A stretch of DNA of 64,000 bases from Candidatus Harrisonbacteria bacterium (GTDB taxonomy: Bacteria > Patescibacteriota > Minisyncoccia > UBA6257 > 02-FULL-45-10c), in contig JACPTS010000001.1 in assembly GCA_016192685.1 (NCBI GenBank), positions 97,710-161,709 of the forward strand. Reading direction: 5' to 3'. Shown here piece after piece: positions 26,054-35,626 of this stretch. The number at the start of each line of letters is the position of its first letter. Within the stretch, counting starts at the first letter, position 1. The notes beneath the pieces were generated by a model, which was given only the letters and a program-made list of their open reading frames with translations, was not told the origin of the DNA and made no database searches. The translations under genes and the position numbers were made by a program.

Positions 26054-28240
26054 CTACTTTTGCTTTTTAATTTCCTTAATAAGATTTTCTCCTTCGGTTT
26101 TAAATTCCGGGAAATCTTTTATGGCTTGTTCTAAAGCTTGGGTGGCGGAAGCTTTTTGATTAGCCAAAAGATGAGCGCCGCTTAAGCTTTTCCGGTATTC
26201 AAGATTTTTCGGTTCTAATTTAACAAAAGCCCCCCAGATGCCGGCTAAACGTTTATAATTTTGAACCCGCGAATAAACTTGCACTAAAATCTGATCGGCA
26301 ACATCCGCCGTACCAAATCCTTCCTGTAATAATTTTTCCGCTTCCCTTTGTTGATTATTTAATATGTAGGCGGCGGCTAAATTAATTCGTCCGTTATTAA
26401 ATTCTGAATCAAGTTTAAAAGATTTTTCCAAGACCGCGACGGCATTTTTATAATCCCCTTTTTGAATATAAACATCAGCAATTTCAAAATAAATCTGCTG
26501 TTTTTGAGGAGATAAATCCGAAGCTTTTTTAAAAACTTCTAAAGCTAAGTCTAAAAGGCCCACCTTATTGTAAATAGTTCCTAGAAAAAGATAAGGGCGG
26601 GGATCTAATGCATTTTCAACAACGCTTTTATCGGCTTCTTCAATCGCCTTACGGAGCATTCTGTCCCGAAAATCCGGGACGAGTTCCGGAAGGCCGCCGG
26701 CGCTAATGGCAAATCTTATCAATTGTTCCCCGATTTCTTGATTGCCCAAAGTATTATAAGACAAAGCTTTATTGAATTTTTCAAAAGCCAGCGGAATATT
26801 CTGACCCTGAATTGCTAAAGCATCCAAAAGATTCAAATTGGCCTGAAGAGGCTTAATATTAATAAAATAGATTGCTAAAACCAGCGGCGCGGCCAAAAGG
26901 CCGGCCGCTACCGGCCAATCGCCCCCCCTGCCTCCGCCAGCCGGCGGACTGACGCCGGGAACCGCGGTAGCGGCAGAGATACTATTAATATACGCGAGCA
27001 CGGCAAAAAAACCGATATAAGTGGCAATCTGGTCAAACACAAAAAAGTTTTCCGCTAAATAAACCGCTAAAAATGTGGTGAATAAAAGCGTATTTTCCAA
27101 AGTAAAATTGCCCTTGCGGTAATGGCTCCAAAGCAAATAAATCGCGACCGCAAAAATACTGAAATAAGATAAAGCGCCCAAAATTCCGGCATTAATCAGC
27201 CAATCAAAAACAATGTTATGAGATCGGTCAAACCACGGCTCCTGACGCCAAAGCTCCGATTTAAAATACTTGGAAAAAACCACGCCGTAATTATCCGGCC
27301 CCCAGCCTAAAATAGGCCGCTCCTTAAACCCTTCCCAGCCCATTCCCCAAATCGTGAAACGAGACCTGATAGTTCGTTCACTAAAAGAAAGAGAAGTCAG
27401 TCTAGCGAGAGTGGGGTTATTTTTTACAAACGGCTGATCTTTGGTTAAAAAAATTCCAAGGGGAATTATCAAAGCAATCAGCAGCCAAGCAAGAATAATT
27501 TCTTTTTTCACCAACTCCGCGTGATTTTCGGTCTTTTTAAAAATTAAATATAAAATGCCGAAAACAAAAATACCGATGATCAGGCCCAAAATCGCGCCGC
27601 GGGTGCCGGTAAAATAAATAGTTGCCAACGCCCAAACCGCCATCAAACCGTAAAAATACTTCTGCCATTTTTCCTTCGCCTCCAGCCAAAGAAACAGACA
27701 AAACCATAAAATAAATGTCAAATAAGCGGCTAAATAAGTCGGATTGCCGATGGTGCCGTCCACCCGATAAGAGCCGCCTTGAATAGCGGGCAGAAATTCC
27801 ATCCTTTGAAGAAAGGCGTAGGTATTTTCATAAATACTGGAAACGATAAAAAGGGTGAAAAAAATTTTCCAGTCGGATTTCCGGAAAACATGGGTCAAAA
27901 CCAAAAAATAAGCAAAAAGGTGCAAATAAGCCACCAATCCCTCCATCCGCTCATAATTAGACCAAAAACTTTTTGCCGGATTAACTCCGAAAATCGTCGC
28001 CAAGGCCACCACGGCAATAAAAATCGCCAGAGCGATTAAAAGCGGAGATTTCTTTGGCCGATACTCTTTATAGTAAATCGCTAAAAATACCCAGGCCGCA
28101 AAAACAACTTCTACGATTATCCGAAAAATAAAAGCTTTCCCGGTAATATAAGGAAAAAATAAAACTCGGGAAACATAAAGCGGAATAAACGGAACAATAA
28201 AAAGCCCCCCCTTAATAATCCATAAAATCGCTGATGGCAT
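26054..28240 (-). CDS. O-antigen ligase / O-oligosaccharyltransferase family (Wzy_C) membrane protein with C-terminal TPRs
   Basis: About 12 TM; GTIGNP..LAAYL, TGTRGA, R..IW..PILGWGP, DRSHN..G..G; TPR-like helices after about residue 480. Confidence 0.88.
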   Translation of the reverse strand: MPSAILWIIKGGLFIVPFIPLYVSRVLFFPYITGKAFIFRIIVEVVFAAWVFLAIYYKEYRPKKSPLLIALAIFIAVVALATIFGVNPAKSFWSNYERMEGLVAYLHLFAYFLVLTHVFRKSDWKIFFTLFIVSSIYENTYAFLQRMEFLPAIQGGSYRVDGTIGNPTYLAAYLTFILWFCLFLWLEAKEKWQKYFYGLMAVWALATIYFTGTRGAILGLIIGIFVFGILYLIFKKTENHAELVKKEIILAWLLIALIIPLGIFLTKDQPFVKNNPTLARLTSLSFSERTIRSRFTIWGMGWEGFKERPILGWGPDNYGVVFSKYFKSELWRQEPWFDRSHNIVFDWLINAGILGALSYFSIFAVAIYLLWSHYRKGNFTLENTLLFTTFLAVYLAENFFVFDQIATYIGFFAVLAYINSISAATAVPGVSPPAGGGRGGDWPVAAGLLAAPLVLAIYFINIKPLQANLNLLDALAIQGQNIPLAFEKFNKALSYNTLGNQEIGEQLIRFAISAGGLPELVPDFRDRMLRKAIEEADKSVVENALDPRPYLFLGTIYNKVGLLDLALEVFKKASDLSPQKQQIYFEIADVYIQKGDYKNAVAVLEKSFKLDSEFNNGRINLAAAYILNNQQREAEKLLQEGFGTADVADQILVQVYSRVQNYKRLAGIWGAFVKLEPKNLEYRKSLSGAHLLANQKASATQALEQAIKDFPEFKTEGENLIKEIKKQK

Positions 28241-28246
28241 TATTCA

Positions 28247-28274
28247 ATAATAGCTCTCATAAATTACTTGTCAA
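28247..28274 (-). promoter_or_regulatory. Probable leaderless promoter of the ligase gene
   Basis: TTGACA-16 nt-TATTAT-6 nt-ATG; no SD. Confidence 0.5.
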
Positions 28275-28281
28275 ATAAAAC

Positions 28282-28968
28282 CTATCGTTTAATAGCGCGA
28301 AAAACTATTTTTTTCATTCTTTTATGCAAAAACGACAGGAAAAATGCCGCCAGCCGGTCCAACTTATGCTTCCATCCGTAAAAACGCAAAGCATCAGCTC
28401 CTTTGTAATCTGCCACCGCAAATCCGTTTCTTTCCAATAGCTCCTTCATTTCCTCAAAATCAAAAAAGCGGTCGTCTACCGGCTGAATATTTTTCCGCGC
28501 TTTGATATACCGATCAAATAAAATCCAATTTTTATTCGGGACGGTGACAATAAATATTCCGCTGGGACGCAACACACGCCTTACTTCTTCCAAAGCTTTA
28601 TCAAAATCTAAAAGATACGGGAAGACATCCACCATTACCACAAAATCAAACGAGTTATCGGGAAAAGGCATCTGTTCAATATCCGCTTTTAAAATCTTGG
28701 CTTCGGGCACTAAGCTTTTTGCCATAGCAATCAGCCGCTCGGATAAATCAATGCCGGTTAAACTTCTGATATTTCTGCCGCCTCGTTTTTGAATATTTTT
28801 TAACACCACTCCCTGCCCCACTCCGGCTTCTAAAATATCGCCGTGCCAATCCGGCTCAATATCCAAAACTTCATTATAAAATTCCTCCGGCAAACGCATT
28901 TTCTCGGCAATCGCATCATAACCTTCTCCGATATCTTTTTTAGTGACAATAGAACGGTCAATTGGCAT
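28282..28968 (-). CDS. Class I SAM-dependent methyltransferase
   Basis: ILEAGVGQG, GIDLS, MPFPDNSFD, RVLRPSG. Confidence 0.88.
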   Translation of the reverse strand: MPIDRSIVTKKDIGEGYDAIAEKMRLPEEFYNEVLDIEPDWHGDILEAGVGQGVVLKNIQKRGGRNIRSLTGIDLSERLIAMAKSLVPEAKILKADIEQMPFPDNSFDFVVMVDVFPYLLDFDKALEEVRRVLRPSGIFIVTVPNKNWILFDRYIKARKNIQPVDDRFFDFEEMKELLERNGFAVADYKGADALRFYGWKHKLDRLAAFFLSFLHKRMKKIVFRAIKR

Positions 28969-30091
28969 GCTTTTTATTATAGAAATCCAAAATTAATTTT
29001 TCAAAAGTTCTCTCGTAATTTTCCATGGTGTATGATTTAACCATTTCCACGCCGGCTTTTCCCATTCTCTCTCTCGCCGCGCCATCGCGAAGCAAAATTA
29101 AAATTTTATCCGCCAGTTCCGCGGAATTTGCCGGCGGCACCGCAAAACCGGTTTCCCCATTCTTCACAAAAATCGGAATGTCCCCGATCGTAGTGGACAC
29201 TACCGGCTTTCCAAAACTCAATGCTTCCATAATCACAAAAGGCATATCGGTCCTAGTAGACGGATCAACGAAAATATCCGCAATCGGCAAAATATTTTCA
29301 ATGTCCGATTTGCCAAGAAATAATCCGGGAAATAAAACTCTATCTTCCAACTTGAGACTTGAGACTTGAGACTTGAGACTTTCTTCCAGCGGCCCCCAAC
29401 CGACTATTAAAAAATAAGCATTTGGAAATTTTTCCAAAACCAGCTTAGCGGCATCAATCAGATATTTATGCCCCTTTTCCGGAACCAATCGGCTGATCGT
29501 CAAAACAACCATAGCATCCTTTGGCAATTCTAAATCCTTGCGGATTAAATCCGGATTTCTCCCCTTAGATTTATCCACAAAAGACGGCGCGTACATGGTT
29601 ATAAATTTTTCCAAAGGAATTTTTTCCTGCTTAACGGTAAAAAATTTAGCCGCGTCCGAATCCGTGATTATTTTGTCAGTCCATTTGGACAAAATCCAAT
29701 CCATCCAAATCTGCCAGCGATGCTTATCTTCATATATATTATGCTCGTGAATGATAATCACCGGAACTCTCATGATTATCGCGGCCAGACGAACAATCAA
29801 ATTAGCGGAAAAAAGCGCGGTAACTGCCACGTCAAATTTCTCTTTCCGCAAAAAAATGAATAATTTTGTCCAGGCGGCTAAATCAAACAAGGATCGAAAA
29901 TTCAGCCGCTTCCAATAATCATCCGGCAAAACAATTTTTTCCTCAAAAGTGGCGCTTGGTTTCTCAGGAAACAAAGTTAAAAGATACGGCTCAAATTTTC
30001 CCCTATCCACAACGGGCAATTGATTTACCAATAATTTTTCCGCCCCGCCAACCGATAGACGGCCAATGGCAAAAAGTATTTTCTTACGCAT
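28958..30091 (-). CDS. GT4-family glycosyltransferase (start probably the ATG at 30091)
   Basis: GGAEK, RLVPEKG, IVGWGP, VIMEALSFGKPVV. Confidence 0.88.
   Translation of the reverse strand: MRKKILFAIGRLSVGGAEKLLVNQLPVVDRGKFEPYLLTLFPEKPSATFEEKIVLPDDYWKRLNFRSLFDLAAWTKLFIFLRKEKFDVAVTALFSANLIVRLAAIIMRVPVIIIHEHNIYEDKHRWQIWMDWILSKWTDKIITDSDAAKFFTVKQEKIPLEKFITMYAPSFVDKSKGRNPDLIRKDLELPKDAMVVLTISRLVPEKGHKYLIDAAKLVLEKFPNAYFLIVGWGPLEESLKSQVSSLKLEDRVLFPGLFLGKSDIENILPIADIFVDPSTRTDMPFVIMEALSFGKPVVSTTIGDIPIFVKNGETGFAVPPANSAELADKILILLRDGAARERMGKAGVEMVKSYTMENYERTFEKLILDFYNKKHAN
29350..29381. repeat. Perfect heptamer tandem repeat (ACTTGAG)x4 plus ACTT inside the GT4 gene
   Basis: Read directly; encodes SLKSQVSSLKL. 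Confidence 0.9.
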
Positions 30092-31139
30092 AAAGATTTC
30101 CGGTTCTACCGGTAATAGTAAAGTTATCATCTATGTCTTGGAGAGCGGTTTTCCTACTATTATATATGCCGGAATAACCGAGCGCCATTAAAATCCGCTG
30201 TTCTTTAAGTATTTCTTCGGCTGTTATGGAAGTCGGTTTTTTGCGGGCAAGAGACTCCCGCAATTCCGATATCGCCGTAATTGTTCCGCTTAATCCCTTT
30301 TTGATTTTAATATTTCTGATTTTTCCGTTATTATCTTTAAGGCGCAAACTTCTGCCGTCAGACATTATCCAGATCTCTCCTCTTTCGCAAATAAGCCCGG
30401 TGTTTCTGCCGTCCCTGTCGGTTATTAATCCGGAAACTCCGTTTTTAAATTTTACCAATCCAAAATCCAAAACCGGGTCCAAATCAATTTTTTTATTATT
30501 AACATCCTTTTTATTAAATTTAAAAGAAGATTGCGCGTAAGCAACTTCCGAATTATCAGCAAAGTAATTTACTAAATCTACCGAGTGGGGATGAGTCCAC
30601 ATTAACGATGACTTCCCGAATTCAATAATTATCCTATTTAATTTTCCCAAGCGCCCGGATTGGATTATTTTTTTTGTTTGTTGGTAAACCGACGAATAAC
30701 GCCGAACAGCCCCGTAAGAAATTGCTACCCGATTTTTCTGAAGTGCCCTTACCGCTTTTTTGGCATCAGCCAAATTAATGGCTAATGGCTTTTCAATATG
30801 CATTCCTTTAATCCCATGATTGGCCGCGTAGATAATTATATCCGGCCGTTCGGCGGTTCTGGTGGCAATCGTAATAATATCCGGCGATTGCTCGGCAATC
30901 ATCTTTTTAAAATCAGTATAGATATTTTTAACTTTATGCGATTGGCCCGCTTTTTGGGCCAATTCCAAATTAAGATCGCAAACCGCGATTAATTCCACTC
31001 CGGGAGCCGCGCGAATCGCCGCGCAGTGATTTACCGGAAATTCACTGGCCGGTGAAATTTCTCCCGCAACTCTTTTAGTGAAAGCCCCGATGCGGCCGCA
31101 GCCGATAACCGCGGCTTTAATGCTTTTTTGTTTTCCCAT
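30084..31139 (-). CDS. Gfo/Idh/MocA family oxidoreductase
   Basis: AVIGCGRIG, AVCD, IEKPLA, HSVD. Confidence 0.88.
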   Translation of the reverse strand: MGKQKSIKAAVIGCGRIGAFTKRVAGEISPASEFPVNHCAAIRAAPGVELIAVCDLNLELAQKAGQSHKVKNIYTDFKKMIAEQSPDIITIATRTAERPDIIIYAANHGIKGMHIEKPLAINLADAKKAVRALQKNRVAISYGAVRRYSSVYQQTKKIIQSGRLGKLNRIIIEFGKSSLMWTHPHSVDLVNYFADNSEVAYAQSSFKFNKKDVNNKKIDLDPVLDFGLVKFKNGVSGLITDRDGRNTGLICERGEIWIMSDGRSLRLKDNNGKIRNIKIKKGLSGTITAISELRESLARKKPTSITAEEILKEQRILMALGYSGIYNSRKTALQDIDDNFTITGRTGNLYA

Positions 31140-32205
31140 ACGATAATTTCCGCCAATCTAATAAATAAGTGACTGCCTTCCCATTTCTGGATAATAGTTT
31201 CTGATAAGCGCGCGTTATTTGATCAGCCGGATAGATTCCTGATATTAAATAGTTAGGATTTAATTTCTTTTTGGAAATATCGTTGAGGATTTTTCGGCAA
31301 TTTTTTTGCAAAGTCTTAAACTCCGGTTCGCGTTGACCGGGATTATTTCCCAAGTCCGCGGAAATAATATTGATTTTCCTCGCATAAAAATATCGCGGGT
31401 CTAAAGGATTAAATTTAGGAGCCCCCTCGGTCCTCCCGGGAAAACCAAGAACCGAAATAATACCGTTTTTCCGCGGGAGCCGCAAAGCGATTTTCCAATC
31501 CGACCAGGTATTGGATGTGGTTACGACAATATCAGCTCCTTTCCCGTTAAAATATTTTTTGACCTTTTGCTCAATATCTTTATCGGTTTTCAACAAGGCG
31601 CTGTGAGCGCCTAATTTTTTTGCCAAACGCAATTTTGATTTGCTCGCCGATAATGCCGCGATACGGGCATTAAATAATTTAGCCTGCGCTACGGCGGTTA
31701 GTCCAAGCGTTCCAAGCCCGATAACCGCCACTTTGAAATCTTTTTTAATTTTCCCATTAGTAAGCGCAACGCGGCCAAGATTATAAAGATAAGCAAGCGC
31801 CGCCTGTTCCGGAGCAACCGAATTTGGAACGCGCGCTAAAATTTCAGAAGCTGGCATTTTAAAGACACTGCGATGCGACTGATCCGTAAGTATCAAATCT
31901 CCAGGTTTAAAATCCGCAACTTTTTTTCCAACATATAAAATTTTAGCCGCATTGCAATAGCCGAGCAAGCGCGGATATATTTTACCCGGACGAAGCGGTG
32001 AATCGCCCTTATACGCGGCCACTTCCGTTCCCGGAGAAATAGCGGTTATTACGGTTTGGGCAATAATTTCCGAAGGTTTTAATTTATCGCTATCTATAAC
32101 AACGGGATGGAAAAATATTTTTTTTGGCTTTTTAAGTTCTACAAATGAACCGAAAAATTTCATACCCATATCATTGAAGTTTTGGCCATTTTTCAAATCT
32201 TTCAA
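31117..32205 (-). CDS. Medium-chain (zinc-binding ADH-like) dehydrogenase; start uncertain
   Basis: ISPGTE, LGYC, VIGLGTLG, GADIVV. Confidence 0.8.
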   Translation of the reverse strand: MKDLKNGQNFNDMGMKFFGSFVELKKPKKIFFHPVVIDSDKLKPSEIIAQTVITAISPGTEVAAYKGDSPLRPGKIYPRLLGYCNAAKILYVGKKVADFKPGDLILTDQSHRSVFKMPASEILARVPNSVAPEQAALAYLYNLGRVALTNGKIKKDFKVAVIGLGTLGLTAVAQAKLFNARIAALSASKSKLRLAKKLGAHSALLKTDKDIEQKVKKYFNGKGADIVVTTSNTWSDWKIALRLPRKNGIISVLGFPGRTEGAPKFNPLDPRYFYARKINIISADLGNNPGQREPEFKTLQKNCRKILNDISKKKLNPNYLISGIYPADQITRAYQKLLSRNGKAVTYLLDWRKLSYGKTKKH

Positions 32206-32752
32206 AAGATTGGACAGATTCCCTGCCGTTTATCATTTCTTGCTCATAGCATAAGCGCATTTTATTTTCCTTATCAGCTTTATTTATTTCAACTGATTTA
32301 TCAGCTACGAAAGGACGGATACCTAATTCAGTCGTTCCTGGCACTTCAAACATCCATACTTCCTTGGGAGTGATAGTTCTGTATGGCCGGCAAGCCACCA
32401 TGACCGCCTCGGAAACCAACCTATGATCTTTGTTCAAATCCCCGATAAAATTCGTATAAACAATATCGGGTTTATGCTTTTGCACCGCGGCTTCAGCGAT
32501 GCTTATAAGTTTTTTTATCGGAAGAGCATCTAACTCTTGATCGGCCAGATTTTCATTGGCATATTCAGCATTTAATAAATTAGCCAGCTTTTTCATCCCC
32601 TCAAACTGTTTTTCGTCCCGGCCTCCGGTGAACCACTGAAAATTGATTTTATCTCCAGCCTCTGAGTGTTTAAGCAGAACTCCTAAACATCCAAACGCCT
32701 CATCGTCAGGATGAGCGGAAATAACCAAAACACTTTTCTTATTTTCTTTCAT
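32171..32752 (-). CDS. PIG-L/LmbE family deacetylase
   Basis: ISAHPDDE, PDIVYT..D.NKDH. Confidence 0.88.
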   Translation of the reverse strand: MKENKKSVLVISAHPDDEAFGCLGVLLKHSEAGDKINFQWFTGGRDEKQFEGMKKLANLLNAEYANENLADQELDALPIKKLISIAEAAVQKHKPDIVYTNFIGDLNKDHRLVSEAVMVACRPYRTITPKEVWMFEVPGTTELGIRPFVADKSVEINKADKENKMRLCYEQEMINGRESVQSFERFEKWPKLQ

Positions 32753-33462
32753 TATTTTTTTAAATCTTTTTTTGTAATATTGCCTTCAAAAATTATCTTC
32801 GGACTATTCGGACCCTCATTCAACAGCAAATCCCAAAGACTCATATATGGAACAAAATCCCCCCAAAGTTGGTTATAAGCCGGGTGCTTATAATCTTGAA
32901 AATATAATCCTATGTTGTCCCGCTTAAATGCCTCAGCATCAATATAATCCCGGCCCAATCCGCCGGAAACATAAAGATTGCTTTTCAATCCCTTGCAAAT
33001 ATCCAATACCAGCTCATTTTTTTTGCTTTCATATTTTGGCAAATCCGAAGCTTTGATTATTTTTGTATCTATCCCCAGCGCCGAGTTAAACATCAAAAGC
33101 TGTTCATAGCATAAATCAGAAATATATTTAAAATCTTTTTTATAAAAATCATCAATAATCGGGGAAAATTCATTCCAATATTTCGCTTTTTTATAATTCA
33201 GTTCCAGGGCCTTTTGGTGTTTTTTTTTCCAGGATTGGTCCGCGATTTCTATATCTTTAATCGGCTTGTCAAAATGGCCTTTTAATTTTACCGGCACCGT
33301 AAGCCAAACCGGGCCATTGGCGGTTTTAATTTTATTCCTATTTATAAAACTATTTTTCTCAAACTGCGTGGTGTCAAAAAATACGAAAGTATCCGACAGC
33401 CCGATTTTATGGAAATAACCAAGCCAAGGCGAATAAGCCGGCTGATGAATTGATAAAATCAT
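32752..33462 (-). CDS. WbqC family protein
   Basis: IHQPAY.PWLGYF.K..D..QF..NRN.I..WLTVP; Y.Q..F...S.WDLL.N.G. Confidence 0.9.
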   Translation of the reverse strand: MILSIHQPAYSPWLGYFHKIGLSDTFVFFDTTQFEKNSFINRNKIKTANGPVWLTVPVKLKGHFDKPIKDIEIADQSWKKKHQKALELNYKKAKYWNEFSPIIDDFYKKDFKYISDLCYEQLLMFNSALGIDTKIIKASDLPKYESKKNELVLDICKGLKSNLYVSGGLGRDYIDAEAFKRDNIGLYFQDYKHPAYNQLWGDFVPYMSLWDLLLNEGPNSPKIIFEGNITKKDLKK

Positions 33463-34148
33463 AAGGATTTCCTGGCCAAAATTATAAATTCATCATATTC
33501 CATAAATTTACCTTTTATATTCTTTAAAGAATGGCGCATTATATTTTCTAATCTGAATTTTTTAAATAATTCATTAATTTCACCAAGGTTAAAAAAATGC
33601 GCTAAGCCGGCGCGATAAAAGCTGCCTTCTTTAAAATTATTATAAGTATTTTTTCCTATTTTTTTACCGTATTTCTTATCCGGGTGATATTGGCTATAGG
33701 CAAAACTTATGAACAATCCGCCGGGCTTAAGCGATCTAAACACCTCATTCAATGCAACTACAATATCTGGTAAACAATTGGCGTAAATGCTTTCCCGGTC
33801 AATAATAATGTCAAAAAAATTATCAGGATAAGGCAAATTAAGAAAATCTCCTTGCAAAAAATCACCTTTTAAATGCCATTTTGAAAATCTTTCCTTACAA
33901 GCTCTGACAGCGGAATCTGACCCGTCCAGGCCAAAAACTTTAAAGCCGCTCTCGGCTAAAAATTTGGAGTTGTTGCCGGCCCCGCAGCCCAGATCTAAAA
34001 CTTTTATTTTGGATCTTTTTTCTCGCGGGATGGAAAAAAAATTCCTTGCTACGATACTTACCAAAATGTCATAAGGATAAAAATTAAGCTGGCGGCCCTT
34101 TGAATACACTTTCTTTTCCCAAACCTGTTGGTTAGATTTTTTTATCAT
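33459..34148 (-). CDS. Class I SAM-dependent methyltransferase
   Basis: VLDLGCGAGNN, GLDGS, LKPGG. Confidence 0.88.
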   Translation of the reverse strand: MIKKSNQQVWEKKVYSKGRQLNFYPYDILVSIVARNFFSIPREKRSKIKVLDLGCGAGNNSKFLAESGFKVFGLDGSDSAVRACKERFSKWHLKGDFLQGDFLNLPYPDNFFDIIIDRESIYANCLPDIVVALNEVFRSLKPGGLFISFAYSQYHPDKKYGKKIGKNTYNNFKEGSFYRAGLAHFFNLGEINELFKKFRLENIMRHSLKNIKGKFMEYDEFIILARKSL

Positions 34149-35190
34149 GTTTAAAATATTTATATAAGACAGCTCTAATATATTTAATCTGCTTCCCTGA
34201 TAAGCTTGGGTAAATTGGCAAAGACAGGGTTGTTTTGGCCATTTCTTCGCTTACCGGATAATTTTTAGAAGGTAATCCTAAATAATTATGCAGTAATTCA
34301 TATCTTTCTATGGGGACAATTGTTTTAATTTTATTTTTTAAAAAATAATTTTGCAGCCGGCGGGGATTGCTTATTTTTAATATAAAACGGAAAAAATTGG
34401 GTTTAGTTAAACTATTTTTCTTAGGAAATATAATTTCGGGCGTATTCTTTGAATATGCATAGGCAATTTTCTGTCTTTTTTTTAAAAAAAATGGAAGTTT
34501 TTTAAGCTGAGCCCTGCCTATAGCGGCCTGCAGATCGGACATCTGGAAATTAAATCTCGGTTTATAATTCCTGCGGCAATCAAACTCCCGATAATCTTTA
34601 ATTTTCGCTATTAAATTTTTATTTTGGGAAAACACCATTCCCCCATAGCCGGTAGTCATCATCTTGGACGCGTAAAAAGAAAAAATCGCGATATCGCCGA
34701 ATGTACCGACATATTTATTATTAAATTTAGAACCCAGCGCTTGAGCGCAATCTTCAATTATCGGTATTCCCAAATTTAGAAACTTGCGCGTATCAGCCGG
34801 ATAACCGAAAGTATGGGTAATTATTATCGCTTTAGTTCTTCTGTTAACTTTTTTTACCGTCTCAAAATAAGAAAGATTTAAATTTTCAATATCAACTAAA
34901 ACCGGTCTGGCTCCAGCCATAAAAATCGCGTTAAGAACCGCCGAGCAAACATAAGTCGGTAAAATGACTTCGTCTCCCTTGCCGATACCCAAAGAAATCA
35001 GTGCCAGATAAAGAGCCGCTGTCCCGCTGGAAACCGCTGCCGCCTGCCCGGGCTTTTTAAATAAAAATCCGCTGAACTCATCTTCAAACTTTTTTACTTC
35101 GCTTCCCTGCGCTACCCAGCCGGATTTTATAACTCTAGCCGCAGCATCTATTTCTTCTTTGCCTAAAGTCGGTTTATTGTGAGGAATCAT
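34132..35190 (-). CDS. DegT/DnrJ/EryC1/StrS sugar aminotransferase
   Basis: SSGTAAL, IEDCAQA, FSFYASK, LSLPIYP. Confidence 0.92.
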   Translation of the reverse strand: MIPHNKPTLGKEEIDAAARVIKSGWVAQGSEVKKFEDEFSGFLFKKPGQAAAVSSGTAALYLALISLGIGKGDEVILPTYVCSAVLNAIFMAGARPVLVDIENLNLSYFETVKKVNRRTKAIIITHTFGYPADTRKFLNLGIPIIEDCAQALGSKFNNKYVGTFGDIAIFSFYASKMMTTGYGGMVFSQNKNLIAKIKDYREFDCRRNYKPRFNFQMSDLQAAIGRAQLKKLPFFLKKRQKIAYAYSKNTPEIIFPKKNSLTKPNFFRFILKISNPRRLQNYFLKNKIKTIVPIERYELLHNYLGLPSKNYPVSEEMAKTTLSLPIYPSLSGKQIKYIRAVLYKYFKHDKKI

Positions 35191-35626
35191 TTTTATAGTA
35201 ACCCTCTTTTATAACAGGCGGATTTCCTATCACCAATGAATAAGGAGGGATTTCGCACGGCTTGGTGATAATTGTTCCGGCCGCCACAACGGTATGATGA
35301 CCGATATGGACGCCGCCGCCGATAAAACAATGGGAACCGATAAAAACATCATTATCAATGGCAATCTTTCTCCTTTCAATTTCTTTTGCTAAGCCGACAG
35401 CCTTTTTATGCGAATCAGCTACATTAATACTGACAAACGAAGCAATGTCGCAATTATCCCCTATTTTTACCAAGGATTCTTGGGCATTAACTTCGGAAAA
35501 AAGCCCGATATAAACATTTTTCCCGAATTCCGGCTGGCCGCCAATATAAACCAAGGGATGAAATTGATTAGCGGGCATCTTAATTAATTTAGCGATAATT
35601 TTATAAAATACGTTCATAATGTTCAT
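35174..35626 (-). CDS. Hexapeptide-repeat acyltransferase
   Basis: IGDNCDI, IDNDVFIGSH, IPPYSLVIGNP. Confidence 0.85.
   Translation of the reverse strand: MNIMNVFYKIIAKLIKMPANQFHPLVYIGGQPEFGKNVYIGLFSEVNAQESLVKIGDNCDIASFVSINVADSHKKAVGLAKEIERRKIAIDNDVFIGSHCFIGGGVHIGHHTVVAAGTIITKPCEIPPYSLVIGNPPVIKEGYYKNDSSQ

Noticed and set aside
29571-29579. Perfect TTATCCACA inside the GT4 gene
   Set aside because: Single intragenic copy encoding VDK; compatible with chance.
33220-33228. A9 tract in wbqC and other A/T runs as phase-variable sites
   Set aside because: Lys-codon runs are frequent throughout this AT-rich sequence and all frames are intact.
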